IMG/VR virus record: IMGVR_UViG_3300025530_000048
Coordinates: 1 to 25,476 of that record
Source of the DNA: a virus
Lineage: Duplodnaviria > Caudoviricetes
Strand: one strand, 5' to 3'
Length of the DNA stretch: 25,476 bases
Shown here: positions 24,982 through 25,476 of the stretch, in pieces
How positions within the stretch are numbered: the stretch's first letter is position 1
Layout of the letters: each line of letters opens with the position of its first letter
Program-made: the position numbers and the translations under genes
The notes under the pieces: model-generated
Databases searched by the model: none
What the model saw: only the letters and a program-made list of their open reading frames with translations
What the model was told of the DNA's origin: nothing

Positions 24982-25057
24982 GCCTCAGCACCGTCCTTAC
25001 TCGTTCCTCAACGTCCCAATCAACGGATAAATTCACATGGATTAGTACAACTATCAT
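24974..25057 (-). CDS. Small ORF (27 aa)
   Basis: GGAGGAGGT RBS then ATG 25057: MIVVLIHVNLSVDWDVEERVRTVLRHE; overlaps the next start. Confidence 0.5.
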   Translation of the reverse strand: MIVVLIHVNLSVDWDVEERVRTVLRHE

Positions 25058-25059
25058 GC

Positions 25060-25141
25060 TTTACCTCCTCCGCTCCAGCATGGTATACTGGAGCTAATAA
25101 ATGATCTTCTTACTGAGCCACCGTTGCCGCGGTGGTTTTTT
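25060..25141 (+). ncRNA. Candidate counter-transcribed short RNA unit
   Basis: Extended -10 TGgTATACT (25081-25089); terminator GCCACCG-TTGCCG-CGGTGGT-TTTTT (25117-25141). Confidence 0.5.
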
Positions 25142-25262
25142 CCTGATGCGAGATAATCGCCTGCTCGATCGTCCGCGTCGCAAACCATTCCTTCGCCTCT
25201 TTGGTGATGAGCTTGGTGCGCCGATCCGCATCACAGACCTCGCCGATCCAAAAGACTTCCAT
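25110..25262 (-). CDS. Hypothetical protein (50 aa)
   Basis: ATG 25262 after GGAGG (MEVFWIGEV...); the track's extension to 25397 is not supported by an RBS. Confidence 0.6.
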   Translation of the reverse strand: MEVFWIGEVCDADRRTKLITKEAKEWFATRTIEQAIISHQEKTTAATVAQ

Positions 25263-25264
25263 GC

Positions 25265-25366
25265 TTACCGCCTCCATCGTTTCATGTTTTGCGCGCTGGC
25301 AAACTCCAACATCGCCAGCCTCTCGCTGTCCGTCAGCGCCATCCAGACTCGTCCTGTTACGCTCAT
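25265..25366 (-). CDS. Small hypothetical protein (33 aa)
   Basis: AAGGAGGTGA RBS then MSVTGRVWMALTDSERLAMLEFASAQNMKRWRR. Confidence 0.6.
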   Translation of the reverse strand: MSVTGRVWMALTDSERLAMLEFASAQNMKRWRR

Positions 25367-25368
25367 GG

Positions 25369-25476
25369 TTATTCGTCACCTCCTTCCACGGATACACCCA
25401 AGTGCTCTAGCGCTATACATACATGCTCATGAGCGTCTTCAAGCTTGTAGATCTCATCGACAGGCATCGGCTCCTG
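25369..25476 (-). CDS. 3' end of a hypothetical gene starting outside the window
   Basis: Open frame ...QEPMPVDEIYKLEDAHEHVCIALEHLGVSVEGGDE-stop. Confidence 0.5.
   Translation of the reverse strand, partial: QEPMPVDEIYKLEDAHEHVCIALEHLGVSVEGGDE

Larger units (their letters stand above)
1..25476 (-). mobile_element. Siphophage or prophage segment (replication to tail modules)
   Basis: Canonical co-directional gene order; no integrase, repressor, lysis genes or att site in the window. Confidence 0.97.

Noticed and set aside
25263-25397. N-terminal extension of the 95-aa ORF in the track
   Set aside because: RBS positions support two separate short genes (25265-25366 and 25110-25262).

Overview
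The window is a contiguous ~25.5 kb section of a temperate, cos-type siphophage or prophage of a Bacillota host (Paenibacillaceae-like by protein similarity, from recall only). Every credible gene is on the minus strand. In transcription order (right to left): small early ORFs and an AbrB-like regulator; a replication module (DUF2800 Cas4-like nuclease, DUF2815 SSB, family A DNA polymerase, MazG-like fusion, VapE/VirE primase-helicase, iteron-rich origin, VRR-NUC, SNF2 helicase); small accessory ORFs; a sigma70-region-4-like late regulator with the late promoter, a terminator and a structured leader; HNH, cos, TerS, TerL, portal, ClpP-like protease, HK97 capsid, head-tail joining genes, major tail protein, tail chaperone with a likely +1/-2 frameshift, tape measure protein (TMP), Dit, and a truncated tail spike. 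The most notable observation is a Mu Com-like zinc-finger gene with GAGCC repeats, followed by a 16-bp hairpin that buries the TMP ribosome-binding site, i.e. a com/mom-like translational switch apparently wired to the TMP gene. Other candidates are an HDV-like pseudoknot-capable RNA in the late leader, a CTG-initiated late regulator, and a short counter-transcribed sRNA unit. All family assignments come from motif recognition; no searches were run.
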